From positions 118,887-182,886 of the forward strand of contig CASEPN010000001.1 in assembly GCA_949289845.1 (NCBI GenBank): a DNA stretch of 64,000 nt. Direction: 5' to 3'. The position numbers and the translations under genes were made by a program. Each line of letters begins with the position of its first letter. Positions within the stretch are counted from its first letter, which is position 1. This DNA is from an uncultured Bacillota bacterium. Its GTDB lineage: Bacteria; Bacillota_I; Bacilli_A; RFN20; CAG-826. This document shows, piece after piece, positions 1 through 8,339 of this stretch. The notes beneath the pieces were generated by a model. That model searched no databases, was not told where the DNA came from, and was given only the letters and a program-made list of their open reading frames with translations.

Positions 1-1089
1 CGGATCCGCTCGACCCTCCGCTCCGCGAAGGCCTATAACGCAATCCGCGAGCTGACCCGCCAGGCCCGCCCGACCCTCCGCGTGAGGAAGTCCCACCTCG
101 ACCCCGAGGTGCTCCTGAACCCGAGGGACGGCGAGCCCGCCTACGAGGAGACCCAGGTCCCGGGAATCCTCTCCTACGTCGGGAAGTCGCCGCTCCGCCA
201 CCGCCAGGAATGGACCAACAACAACGTCTTCCTCGAGAAGATGGGCACCAAGCACGTCCTTGACCAGGTGGGCGTGGAGGACCCCGGCCAGATCCTCATG
301 TACGCCGACATCGAGGACTCGAGCGCCCTCCGCGAGCTCATCGAGACCTACATGGACACCGTCGGGCTGAACCTCGGCGTCCGCCTCCTCAGCGACCATC
401 TCGAGGTCAGGCGCATGATCCGCCGCGACCAGCTCAAGAACGTCAATCTCTTCGAGGCCGCCCCGGACGCCCTCGAGGCCTACGTCTCGCGCAAGCAGGA
501 GGCGGTCTTCGTCCTCCCGCGCTCGACCGGCTTCGACAACATCCCGAGCGCCCCGGACTACCTCCTCCGCCTGAAGGAAGAGGACGTCAAGGGCCTCGTC
601 GAGAGCCAGGCGAAGATGCTCGAGTCCCTGAGCGAGTACGTCGCCGACGAGGGAAAGCTCGTCTACATGGTCTACACGATCGACGCCCTCGAGGCCCAGG
701 ACCAGATCCGCTCCTTCCTTGAGAAGCACAGCGAGTACTACTGCCTCAAGGAGGAGCAGCTCCTCCCGCAGGAGAGCTACAGGACCGCCCTCTACTACGC
801 GATCCTCGTCAAGGGCGAGAAGCCCCAGTGGCTGATCGAGCAGGAGGAGGCCCAGAAGGCCGCCGAGGCGCTCGAGGAAGAGCGCCGCCGCGCCGAGAGG
901 GCCGCGAAGGAGAGCCCCGCCCCCAAGGCCGAGGAAGCCGCCCCTGAGACCCCTGCTGGAGAAGCTCCCGTCGTCGAAGAGGCCAAGGCTGAGGAGCCTG
1001 CTCCCGCCGAGGAGACCGCTCCCGCCCCCGAGGCCCTCGCGGAGGAGGTTCCCGCCGAGGAGAAGAAGGCCGAGGAGGCCGGGGAATAA
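1..1089 (+). CDS. RsmB/Sun-like 16S rRNA m5C methyltransferase homolog, 5'-partial (open to the window edge; GTG at 82 is the first in-window start). The catalytic motifs appear lost and the C-terminus is an Ala/Glu/Pro-rich tail.
   Basis: Frame 1 has no stop from nt 1 to 1089. The stretch 'EWTNNNVFLEKMG..VLDQVGVEDPGQILMYADIEDSSA' aligns to the RsmB region 'W..G.VxVQDxAS...PxPGExVLDxCAAPGGKT', but CAAPGGKT is replaced. 'VFVLPRSTGFDNIPSAPD' aligns to 'DAPCSGxGVxRRxPD' and 'GKLVYMVYTIDALE' to 'GGxLVYSTCSxxxEENE', with both catalytic Cys lost. It sits immediately upstream of rlmN, as in the Firmicutes yloM-yloN order. Confidence 0.45.
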   Translation, partial: RIRSTLRSAKAYNAIRELTRQARPTLRVRKSHLDPEVLLNPRDGEPAYEETQVPGILSYVGKSPLRHRQEWTNNNVFLEKMGTKHVLDQVGVEDPGQILMYADIEDSSALRELIETYMDTVGLNLGVRLLSDHLEVRRMIRRDQLKNVNLFEAAPDALEAYVSRKQEAVFVLPRSTGFDNIPSAPDYLLRLKEEDVKGLVESQAKMLESLSEYVADEGKLVYMVYTIDALEAQDQIRSFLEKHSEYYCLKEEQLLPQESYRTALYYAILVKGEKPQWLIEQEEAQKAAEALEEERRRAERAAKESPAPKAEEAAPETPAGEAPVVEEAKAEEPAPAEETAPAPEALAEEVPAEEKKAEEAGE

Positions 1090-1092
1090 GGG

Positions 1093-2145
1093 ATGGAGGG
1101 GGCTCTCCCCAACATCCTAGGATTGACGCTTCCCGAGCTCCGCGAGGCCTTCGAGGCCATGGGCGAGAAGCCCTATCGCGCGGAGCAGGTGTTCGATTGG
1201 CTTTACCTCAAGCGCGTCGACTCCTTCGAGGCGATGAGCAATCTTTCGAAGGCGCTCCGCGAGCGCCTTCTTTCCTCCTACTCCCTCTTCCTTCCGCGCA
1301 TCTTCCATGAGGAGCGCGCCAAGGACGGGACAATCAAGCTTCTCCTCGAGATGGTGGACGGGGCGAAGGTCGAGTCCGTATTGATGCGCTACGACTACGG
1401 GAACGCCCTCTGCGTATCCAGCGAAGTCGGCTGCTCGATGGGCTGCGCCTTCTGCGCCTCCGGCCTTCTTAGGAAGGAAAGAGGCCTCACTTCCGCGGAG
1501 ATGGTGGGCCAGCTCCTCGTCATGGACTCTCTCCTCAAGGAAGAGGGGGAGAGGGTGAGCCACGTCGTCGTGATGGGGACCGGGGAGCCTTTCGATAACT
1601 ATGACGAAGTGATGCGCTTCCTCCGGATCGCCAACGAGCAGAAGGGGCTTGCCATCGGGGCGAGGCACCTCACCGTGAGCACCTGCGGCCTCGTCGAGGG
1701 GATCAAGAGGTACGGGAAGGAAGGGCTCCAGCTGAACCTAGCGATTTCCCTTCATGCGCCGAACGACGAAATCCGCGCAAAAATCATGCCGATCGCCAGA
1801 AAATACCCGATGGACCAGCTATTGGAGGCCGTCAGGGAGTACGTGGAGGAGTCGGGGAGAAGGGTCACCTTCGAGTACATCATGATCAAAGGCCTGAACG
1901 ACTCCCTCGACTGCGCCCACGAGCTCGCGGAGAAGATCCGCGGGACGCTTGGCTACGTGAACCTCATACCCCTGAACCCGGTGGAGGAGAAGCCCTTCGA
2001 ACGCTCCCCGCGGAAGAACGTGGAGAAGTTCCGCGACTACCTGAACGCCCACGGGGTGAAGTGCACGATCCGCAAGGAGTTCGGCACGGATATCGACGGG
2101 GCCTGCGGGCAGCTCCGCGCCAAGTACGAGAGGAGGCGCTCCTGA
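1093..2145 (+). CDS. rlmN: 23S rRNA/tRNA m2A methyltransferase RlmN (radical SAM)
   Basis: CxxxCxxC radical-SAM motif 'CSMGCAFCAS'. Typical RlmN N-terminus ('YRAEQVFDWLY'). C-terminal 'GACGQL'. Confidence 0.9.
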   Translation: MEGALPNILGLTLPELREAFEAMGEKPYRAEQVFDWLYLKRVDSFEAMSNLSKALRERLLSSYSLFLPRIFHEERAKDGTIKLLLEMVDGAKVESVLMRYDYGNALCVSSEVGCSMGCAFCASGLLRKERGLTSAEMVGQLLVMDSLLKEEGERVSHVVVMGTGEPFDNYDEVMRFLRIANEQKGLAIGARHLTVSTCGLVEGIKRYGKEGLQLNLAISLHAPNDEIRAKIMPIARKYPMDQLLEAVREYVEESGRRVTFEYIMIKGLNDSLDCAHELAEKIRGTLGYVNLIPLNPVEEKPFERSPRKNVEKFRDYLNAHGVKCTIRKEFGTDIDGACGQLRAKYERRRS

Positions 2146-2146
2146 G

Positions 2147-2905
2147 ATGGGAAAGGTGTACCGCGGGGTTTACGCGGCCAGGACCGACAGGGGCCGGGTC
2201 AGGAGGGGGAACGAGGACCAGGCCTCGGCCTCGGTGAACGCGGACGACGAGGTCTTCCTCATCGTCGCCGACGGGGTCGGGGGTTTCAAGAGGGGCGAGC
2301 TCGCCTCCAAGATGGCGGTCGACTCCCTCCTTGAGAGCTTCCGGGCGAAGAGAAGGCACTGCCTTCCTTTCCTCGACCGCCTCTTCTTCCGCCGGGCGAT
2401 CAAGGAGGCGAACTCCCTTATCTTCGAGACCGCGCGCGGGAATGAGGATAACTGCGGGAACATGTCGACGACCCTGGTTTGCGCCCTCATCAGCGGCTCG
2501 CGCCTCTGGGTCGCCTCGATCGGCGATAGCAGGGCCTACCTCCTCCAGGACGGGAGGCTCGTCCCCCTCACCGAGGACGAGAGCTACGTCCAGGCGCTTG
2601 TCCGCGCCGGGAAGATCAGCGAGAAGGAGGCCCAGACCCATCCGAAGCGCCATATCATCCTGAACGCCCTCGGGGTGTACCCGAGCGTCTCCTTCACCCT
2701 TTCCCGTAGGAAATACCGGGGCGAGCCGATCCTCCTTTGCTCGGACGGGCTCTACACCCAGGTGAGGGAGGAGGACATCGCCCAGGTGCTCCTCACCGAC
2801 CAGCGCCCCGAGCAGAAGGCGATGTCCCTCATCCTCCAGGCGAACATGAACGGCGGCTCGGACAACGTCGCCATCAGCTACTGGGAGGCCTTCCCCCATG
2901 ATTGA
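2147..2905 (+). CDS. PP2C-family Ser/Thr protein phosphatase (PrpC/Stp-like)
   Basis: Motifs 'ADGVGG', 'GDSRAYL', 'LLCSDGL' and 'NGGSDN' are typical of bacterial PP2C. The start overlaps the rlmN stop (TGAGATG). It is followed by a kinase, as in prpC-prkC. Confidence 0.85.
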   Translation: MGKVYRGVYAARTDRGRVRRGNEDQASASVNADDEVFLIVADGVGGFKRGELASKMAVDSLLESFRAKRRHCLPFLDRLFFRRAIKEANSLIFETARGNEDNCGNMSTTLVCALISGSRLWVASIGDSRAYLLQDGRLVPLTEDESYVQALVRAGKISEKEAQTHPKRHIILNALGVYPSVSFTLSRRKYRGEPILLCSDGLYTQVREEDIAQVLLTDQRPEQKAMSLILQANMNGGSDNVAISYWEAFPHD

Positions 2906-3776
2906 GATCGGAAGCAAGGTCGACGGGCGCTACCGCATCATGGGCCGGATCGCCCATGGGGGCATGGCTGACATATACGAGGCCTACGACGTCGTCCTCC
3001 GCCTCCCCGTCGCCCTCAAGCTCATGCGGAGCGACATGATGGGGAAGAAGGAGAACCTCGAGCGCTTCCGCAGGGAATGCATCGCCGCGGCAAGCCTCAA
3101 CAACCCCTACATCGTGAAGGTGTATGGGTCGGGCGAGATCGACGGGCGCCCCTACATGGCGAACGAATACGTCGACGGGAGGACCGTCCGCGACAAGCTC
3201 AACATGACCGCGGGGCACTCCCTTTCGGCGCTTGAGTCCTGCGAGATCATGCTCCAGCTGACGAGCGGGGTGAGCTACATCCATTCCCACGGGCTCGTCC
3301 ACCGCGACCTCAAGCCGGACAACATCTTCTATCTCGCCGACGGCTCCATCAAGATCAGCGACTTCGGGATCGCGACGAGGCTCGGGGAACGGGCCGAGGG
3401 GGACAGGGTCCCTGGCACCATCTTCTACACCGCGCCGGAGACACTCCTTTCGGGGACGGCGATCGTCCAGAGCGACATCTACTCGATGGGCATCGTCTTC
3501 TTCGAGCTCCTGACCGGAAGGGTCCCTTTCGACGCCGGGAGGACGGAGGAGGTCGCTCTCGCCCACATAAACAAAAGGATGCCGGAGCCCAGCGCCTTCG
3601 CCCCGAGCGTGCCCCGCTCCCTGGACCGCATCGTCCTCAAGGCGACGAGGAAGAGGCCCCAGGACCGCTACCGCACCTCCGAGGAGATGCACCAGGCGAT
3701 CGAGGAGGCCCTAAGGAGCGGCAACGACTTCCAGGAAAGGAGAGGCTTCCTTTCGCGCCTCTTCGGTTTCAAGTGA
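2898..3776 (+). CDS. Hanks-type Ser/Thr protein kinase (catalytic domain only, no TM or PASTA)
   Basis: Motifs 'HRDLKPDNI', 'DFGIA', 'APE', and the Lys in 'ALKLM'. 292 aa and soluble. It overlaps the phosphatase by 8 nt. Confidence 0.85.
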   Translation: MIEIGSKVDGRYRIMGRIAHGGMADIYEAYDVVLRLPVALKLMRSDMMGKKENLERFRRECIAAASLNNPYIVKVYGSGEIDGRPYMANEYVDGRTVRDKLNMTAGHSLSALESCEIMLQLTSGVSYIHSHGLVHRDLKPDNIFYLADGSIKISDFGIATRLGERAEGDRVPGTIFYTAPETLLSGTAIVQSDIYSMGIVFFELLTGRVPFDAGRTEEVALAHINKRMPEPSAFAPSVPRSLDRIVLKATRKRPQDRYRTSEEMHQAIEEALRSGNDFQERRGFLSRLFGFK

Positions 3777-3777
3777 T

Positions 3778-4461
3778 ATGAAGATCGAGGAACTTAGGAC
3801 GCCTCTCGTCGCCCCTTCTCTCCTGGCGAGGAAAGGGGAGGGCCTTCTCGAGGCCGCGCTTTCCTTGGAGGGGCAGGGGATCCAGGCGCTTCATTTCGAC
3901 TTCATGCGCCCGCCCTACGTGGACGGGGAAGGCCTTTCCTACGAGGACTTCTCCCTTATTCACGGGAAGACCGGTCTCTTCGAGGACGTCCACGTGATGA
4001 GCGGCTCCCCCCTCGAGGACGGGAAGTGGTTCCTCGAGAAAGGGGCGGACGCGGTGACCGTCCACGGGGATTCCGGAAAAGAAAGGGAGATCCACGAGCT
4101 TTTCTCGCTCGCGCATTCCCTAGGCAAAGCCGCGGGGATCTCGATCAGCCCGCACGTTCCTCTCTCTTCGATCCTTCCTTTCCTCGATGAGGTCGAGCTT
4201 GTGCTTGTGATGGGCGTCGTTCCCGGCGCCTGCGGGAAGTCCTTCGACCCCAGGGGAGAGGAACATCTTCTTGAAATCTCCGCGATTCGCGGGGATTTCC
4301 TCCGAAAAGGGAAGAAAGGCTTCCTTATCTCCTTCGATGGGTCCGTGAACGGGGAGAACGGGAGGCGCCTCGTCAAAGAAGGCGCGGACATCCTCGTCAC
4401 AGGCTCGTACTACTTTAACGGCGATCCCAGGGAAAGGCTGGCCTCGCTTCTTGGAAGATGA
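3778..4461 (+). CDS. rpe: ribulose-phosphate 3-epimerase-like protein (divergent)
   Basis: Matches RPE motifs: 'HFDFMR' (HxD), 'DVHVM', 'VLVMGVVPGACGKSF' (SVxPGFGGQxF-like), 'FDGSVN' (DGG-like), 'GADILVTGS'. Its position after the kinase matches the Firmicutes order. Some motif residues diverge. Confidence 0.6.
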   Translation: MKIEELRTPLVAPSLLARKGEGLLEAALSLEGQGIQALHFDFMRPPYVDGEGLSYEDFSLIHGKTGLFEDVHVMSGSPLEDGKWFLEKGADAVTVHGDSGKEREIHELFSLAHSLGKAAGISISPHVPLSSILPFLDEVELVLVMGVVPGACGKSFDPRGEEHLLEISAIRGDFLRKGKKGFLISFDGSVNGENGRRLVKEGADILVTGSYYFNGDPRERLASLLGR

Positions 4462-5117
4462 ACGCCCTCTGGGGGCTCCTGCCCTTCTTCCTCGCCCTCC
4501 TGGGGCTTGTCCCGCCCCTTTTCCTGAAGGGGAAGGAGAGGCTCTCCCTCCTCAACCATTTCCCTTCCGAGACCCTGAGGGAGGAGCCAAGGAAGGTCCG
4601 GGCGATCTTCCTAATTCTTTCGACCCTTGCCCTCCTCCTCTTCCTCATGGTCCCTTCGATCCTCCTCGGGGAGACAAGCGAGGGAGGGACCCGCTCCTTC
4701 CTGCTTCTTTTCGTCTTCCTCGAGGCTCTTTATGCCTCCGGATACCTAGGGATCTCCGTCTATCATCCCTCGGAGAACCGTCTCCATTTCGCCTCGCTTG
4801 GCGCCCTTTCGATCAGCGGCTCGCTCCTCTCCCTCGTCCAGGGCCTCTACGTCCTCGCGGGGAGGGACTTCTCCTCTTCCTTCGAAGGCTCCATCGCCGG
4901 GGCATCCTTCCTCTTCCTCTTCGCCCTCCTTCCCCTTCTTCCTCTCCTCGATCCGCGGCTCCGTTCCTGGAGCAAGCTCGAGGCGGAGGCCGCCCCGGAC
5001 GGGAGCCACGCCTTCGTGAGGCCGAAGAGGATTCTTCTCGCCATCGTGGAGAGGATCCTTCCCTTCCTCCACCTTCTCTCGGAGCTCCTCTTCATCCTCC
5101 TCCTCGCCTTCCTTTGA
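4458..5117 (+). CDS. hypothetical polytopic membrane protein
   Basis: Five or more hydrophobic helices, e.g. 'AIFLILSTLALLLFLMVPSILL' and 'ASFLFLFALLPLLPLL'. ATGA overlap with the rpe stop. The competing Pro/Arg-rich frame 4451..5206 looks like a GC artefact. Confidence 0.4.
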   Translation: MNALWGLLPFFLALLGLVPPLFLKGKERLSLLNHFPSETLREEPRKVRAIFLILSTLALLLFLMVPSILLGETSEGGTRSFLLLFVFLEALYASGYLGISVYHPSENRLHFASLGALSISGSLLSLVQGLYVLAGRDFSSSFEGSIAGASFLFLFALLPLLPLLDPRLRSWSKLEAEAAPDGSHAFVRPKRILLAIVERILPFLHLLSELLFILLLAFL

Positions 5118-5142
5118 GCCAGGAAGGGGCATCCTCGCATGA

Positions 5143-5175
5143 GAAAAGGCGCCCCGCTTGGAGGCGCCTTTCTCT
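5143..5175. terminator. bidirectional rho-independent terminator between convergent genes
   Basis: The hairpin 'aaaaggcgcc'-loop-'ggcgccttt' is flanked by an A-run on one side and a T-run on the other. It lies between the + strand membrane gene and the - strand rpmB. Confidence 0.6.
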
Positions 5176-5183
5176 TCCTGGCC

Positions 5184-5375
5184 CTAGGCCTTCGCGCTCT
5201 TCTTGAGGGAACGGAACGCGCGGGCGCTCATCCTGAGCTCGACCACCTGCCCGTCGATCACGACCTTGTGCTTCTGGAGGTTGACGTTCCAGACGCGGCG
5301 CGTGGCACGGACGGAGTGCGAGCGGTTGTTGCCGCTCATGGGGCCCTTGCCCGTGTAGAAGCATTTCCTTGCCAT
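5184..5375 (-). CDS. rpmB: 50S ribosomal protein L28
   Basis: 'MARKCFYTGKGPMSGNNRSHS..TRRVWNVNLQK' is the canonical L28 sequence. Confidence 0.95.
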   Translation of the reverse strand: MARKCFYTGKGPMSGNNRSHSVRATRRVWNVNLQKHKVVIDGQVVELRMSARAFRSLKKSAKA

Positions 5376-5445
5376 AGTTATCTCCCTTGATCGACACCGT
5401 CTCTGACGGCGCGTGTGCGATTCTACCTCCAGCCCGGGAGGAGAT

Positions 5446-7095
5446 TCAACCGCGGATTACTCCGCGCCTTTCCCTCCACATCTCCACGGGGGCCTCGACA
5501 GTCTTCACGAGGGCGCTTCCGACGGGAAGGATCTCGAGCCTTCCAAGGAGCATCGCCACGGAGGTGAACCAGAGGAGGAGGTCGTAGTTCACCACCCCGT
5601 AGCTTTCCTCATAGGCGAAGAAATTGACGATCGTGAGTCCGGTGCCCGAGAGGGCGGAGGCGGTCGTGTAGAGCCCTTCCTGCACCCTTATCCCGGGAAG
5701 GAACATCATCATGAGGGCGATGACGAGGAGGACGGAAAGGTAGAGGAGCGAGAAGTTGGCGGCCTCCCTCACCTCCTTCTTCCCGATCTCCCTCGTCTCC
5801 CCGAGCCGGTAGACGGAATGGGGATGGATGAGGCGGGAGGGCCTCCTGGCGTCGCGGATCCACCAGTAGAGCTCCTTGGCGAGGATGGCGACCCTGTACT
5901 GCTTGATCGCCCCGGCGGTGGAACCCACCCCTCCTCCGATCACCATGAGGATGATCATGAGGAAGTAGGCGACCTCGCCAAGCTGCATGAGGTTCGCGCA
6001 GTTGCTGAAGCCGGTCGTCGCCAGCGAGCTGATGACGGTGAAGATCGAGTAGCGGAAGCTCGTCCCCCAGTCCAGGCCCACCATCGTCTCGAGGGAGGAG
6101 TCCGTGTAGAGGTAGGTCATCGAGCAGGTCATGAGTATGGTGAAGACGAGGATGAGGACCGCGGTCAGCTGGAACTCCACGTCCTTGAAGAAGTCCTTGA
6201 AGCGCCTCCGGAAGAGGAAGGTGTGGAGGATGAAGTTCGTCGCGCCGAGCACCATGAGGACCATCGCGATGACCTCGAAGGCGATCGGGCTCACCCAGGG
6301 GAGCGCCCCGAAGCCCTGGTAGGTCCCCAGGGCCGCCTGCTCCGCGTACCAGTAGAAGCCGGTGCTCCTCGTCGAGAAGCCTCCGGTCGCCAGGCCCGCG
6401 ATCGACTGGCAGAAGCCTTCGAAGGGATCCATCCCGGCGAGGAAGAAGGCGAGGGTGCCGAGGATGATGTAGGCGAAGTAGATGGCGAAGGTGAGCTTGG
6501 CCGACCTCCTCATGTTCGGGAGGAGGCGGTCGTTATGCCCCTCGGCGAAGTAGAGCTGGAGGTTGTAGCGGTCGCTGATGGCGCTCGTGATGATGAGGAC
6601 GAGCCCGATGCCGCCGAAGAAGTGGGTCGTTGCCCTATGGAACAAGTAAAGGTGCGCGCAGTAGTCGAGCGCCTTCGCCCCGTCGAGGAAGCCTTCGTTG
6701 GGGAAGACGGTGAAGCCCGTAGCCGAGTAGCCCGACATCGACTCGAAGAAGCTTTCCGTGAAGCTCATGGGCGCCTGCCCGAGGAAGCCCCCGATGAAGA
6801 AGGGGAAGGCCCCGACGGTCACCGCGGTCAGCCAGACGAGGGTCAGGAGGAGCGCGTCCTCCCTTTTCTTGAAGCGCGAGCGGGGCTTTCCGTGGACGAA
6901 GGGGAAGTAGAGGGCGAGACCGATGGCGATCGCGCATAGCCCCGGGATGAGGAAGGCCGGGAATGCCCGCCACTCGTCCCAGTAGAAGACGAGCATCGAA
7001 AGCGGCAGGAGCGTCACGATCCCCTCGAAGACGAGGAAGACCCCGAGGTAGCCCAGGATCAGCCGCCAGCCGCTAACGGGACTCGCCTGTTCCAT
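5446..7095 (-). CDS. trkH: TrkH/KtrB-family potassium uptake membrane protein
   Basis: Repeated selectivity-filter-like motifs 'SATGFT', 'ATGGFST', 'SLATTGFS' and 'LSGTGLT'. About 10 or more TM helices. Confidence 0.85.
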   Translation of the reverse strand: MEQASPVSGWRLILGYLGVFLVFEGIVTLLPLSMLVFYWDEWRAFPAFLIPGLCAIAIGLALYFPFVHGKPRSRFKKREDALLLTLVWLTAVTVGAFPFFIGGFLGQAPMSFTESFFESMSGYSATGFTVFPNEGFLDGAKALDYCAHLYLFHRATTHFFGGIGLVLIITSAISDRYNLQLYFAEGHNDRLLPNMRRSAKLTFAIYFAYIILGTLAFFLAGMDPFEGFCQSIAGLATGGFSTRSTGFYWYAEQAALGTYQGFGALPWVSPIAFEVIAMVLMVLGATNFILHTFLFRRRFKDFFKDVEFQLTAVLILVFTILMTCSMTYLYTDSSLETMVGLDWGTSFRYSIFTVISSLATTGFSNCANLMQLGEVAYFLMIILMVIGGGVGSTAGAIKQYRVAILAKELYWWIRDARRPSRLIHPHSVYRLGETREIGKKEVREAANFSLLYLSVLLVIALMMMFLPGIRVQEGLYTTASALSGTGLTIVNFFAYEESYGVVNYDLLLWFTSVAMLLGRLEILPVGSALVKTVEAPVEMWRERRGVIRG

Positions 7096-7756
7096 CCTTG
7101 CCTTCCTTGAGGAAGCCCATGAGGGCCTCCTCGTTCTCCCTCGCGGTCACCGTGTAAAGCTTGTCCCCGGGCAGGAGGTTGACCGAGCCGTTCGGGACGA
7201 TCATGCGGTCGAGGCGCACGATCGCGGCGATCGAGGCATAGGGCGGGAAGCCCATGTCCATGATCCTCATCCCGGCGATGCGGTCCTCCTCGCTGACGGT
7301 CGACTCCACCATCAGGAAGCTCTCGTCCTCCATGGCGAGCGACTTGATCATCTTGCGGAGGCTGCTCTCGCTCTTGACGGAGTTGGCCAAGAGGTAGGTC
7401 GAGCAGATGACCGCGTCGATCCCGAGCCCCTTGAAGAGCTCGACGTTGGCGGGGTTGTCGACGAGGCAGATCGTCTTCTTCACCCCGAAGAGGGACTTCG
7501 CCATCCGGCAGGAGGCGTAGTTGTCCATGTCGGAGGAGGAGAGGGCGATGAAGACGTCGGCCCCTTCCGCGCCCGCCTCCTCGAGGGCGAAGCGCCTCCA
7601 GGGCTTGCCGAAATAGACGTTCACCTGGTGGGCGATAGCGAGGTTCTCTGCGACCTCGTGCGAGGAGTTGATGACCACGAGCTCGTGGCCCTCGCTCCGG
7701 AACATGTCGATGATGTAGGCGGCCTGGTTGCTGCCCTCGGCGACGACGATTTTCAT
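7073..7756 (-). CDS. trkA: TrkA/KtrA potassium uptake regulatory protein (RCK N + C domains)
   Basis: N-terminal Rossmann 'MKIVVAEGSNQAAYIIDMF' and C-terminal RCK_C 'GSVNLLPGDKLYTVTARE'. It overlaps trkH by 23 nt. Confidence 0.8.
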   Translation of the reverse strand: MKIVVAEGSNQAAYIIDMFRSEGHELVVINSSHEVAENLAIAHQVNVYFGKPWRRFALEEAGAEGADVFIALSSSDMDNYASCRMAKSLFGVKKTICLVDNPANVELFKGLGIDAVICSTYLLANSVKSESSLRKMIKSLAMEDESFLMVESTVSEEDRIAGMRIMDMGFPPYASIAAIVRLDRMIVPNGSVNLLPGDKLYTVTARENEEALMGFLKEGKDGTGESR

Positions 7757-8187
7757 TCCTCGTCCTCCTTCTCGAGCTCCCCGAGCCTCTCCAGGGTCAG
7801 CTGGAAGGGCGAGATCGCCTTCACGCCCGGGAGCCCCTTCACGAGGAGGGCGCGGTCCGGGTCGTCGAAGCGGACGTAGATGCAGGGGATACGGAACGTC
7901 TTCGAGGCGAGCTCGGCGAGGAAGAGGTTGGCGTTGTCGTCCCCGGTCACGATGAAGAGCCGGCTCGCCGTCTCGATCGCGCAGCTCCTCCTGAGGAAGG
8001 CGACGTCCGTGGCCTCCCCTCTCTGGCGGTCGCCCGCGAAAAGCTGGTCGAGGCGGTCGAAGGCCTCCTCGTCCTTGTCGACGGCGATGACGTTGATGCC
8101 GCTCTCGCTATAGCGGTTGGCGATGGACGCGCCGAGCCTTCCGCATCCGAGGATGAGCACGTTCGTCCTAGCGTGGTTTGATGCCAT
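7753..8187 (-). CDS. TrkA-N (RCK N-terminal NAD-binding) domain protein
   Basis: 'NVLILGCGRLGASIANRY..INVIAVDKDEEAFDRL' has a GxGxxG Rossmann motif. ATGA overlap with trkA. Confidence 0.7.
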   Translation of the reverse strand: MASNHARTNVLILGCGRLGASIANRYSESGINVIAVDKDEEAFDRLDQLFAGDRQRGEATDVAFLRRSCAIETASRLFIVTGDDNANLFLAELASKTFRIPCIYVRFDDPDRALLVKGLPGVKAISPFQLTLERLGELEKEDEE

Positions 8188-8298
8188 AAGGTGCTGATAA
8201 GGCCTCCTGAGCGATGCGCATTATATCGAGTGCGCCCGAAACTTCTCTTTCTTTCGGAAAAGGCGGGCGCTCTCTCCACTTTGGAAGCGCTTACGGGA

Positions 8299-8304
8299 TA
8301 TAAT
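8299..8304 (+). promoter_or_regulatory. TATAAT -10-like hexamer upstream of glgC, in a divergent intergenic region with a strong hairpin (gcgcccg..cgggcgc) at about 8232-8275
   Basis: A perfect TATAAT lies 36 nt upstream of the glgC ATG. RBS 'aaaggagaaa' at 8325-8334. A 7-bp GC stem with an inner 'ccgaaa/tttcgg' stem lies further upstream. Confidence 0.3.
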
Positions 8305-8339
8305 CCTTCCAGAAGAGGCCAGAGAAAGGAGAAACGGGC

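Noticed and set aside
4451-5206. Pro-rich 251-aa ORF in an alternative frame of the same strand as the membrane protein 4458..5117
   Set aside because: It has an overlapping frame and low-complexity Pro/Arg/Gly content. The hydrophobic frame has plausible TM helices and ATGA coupling to rpe.
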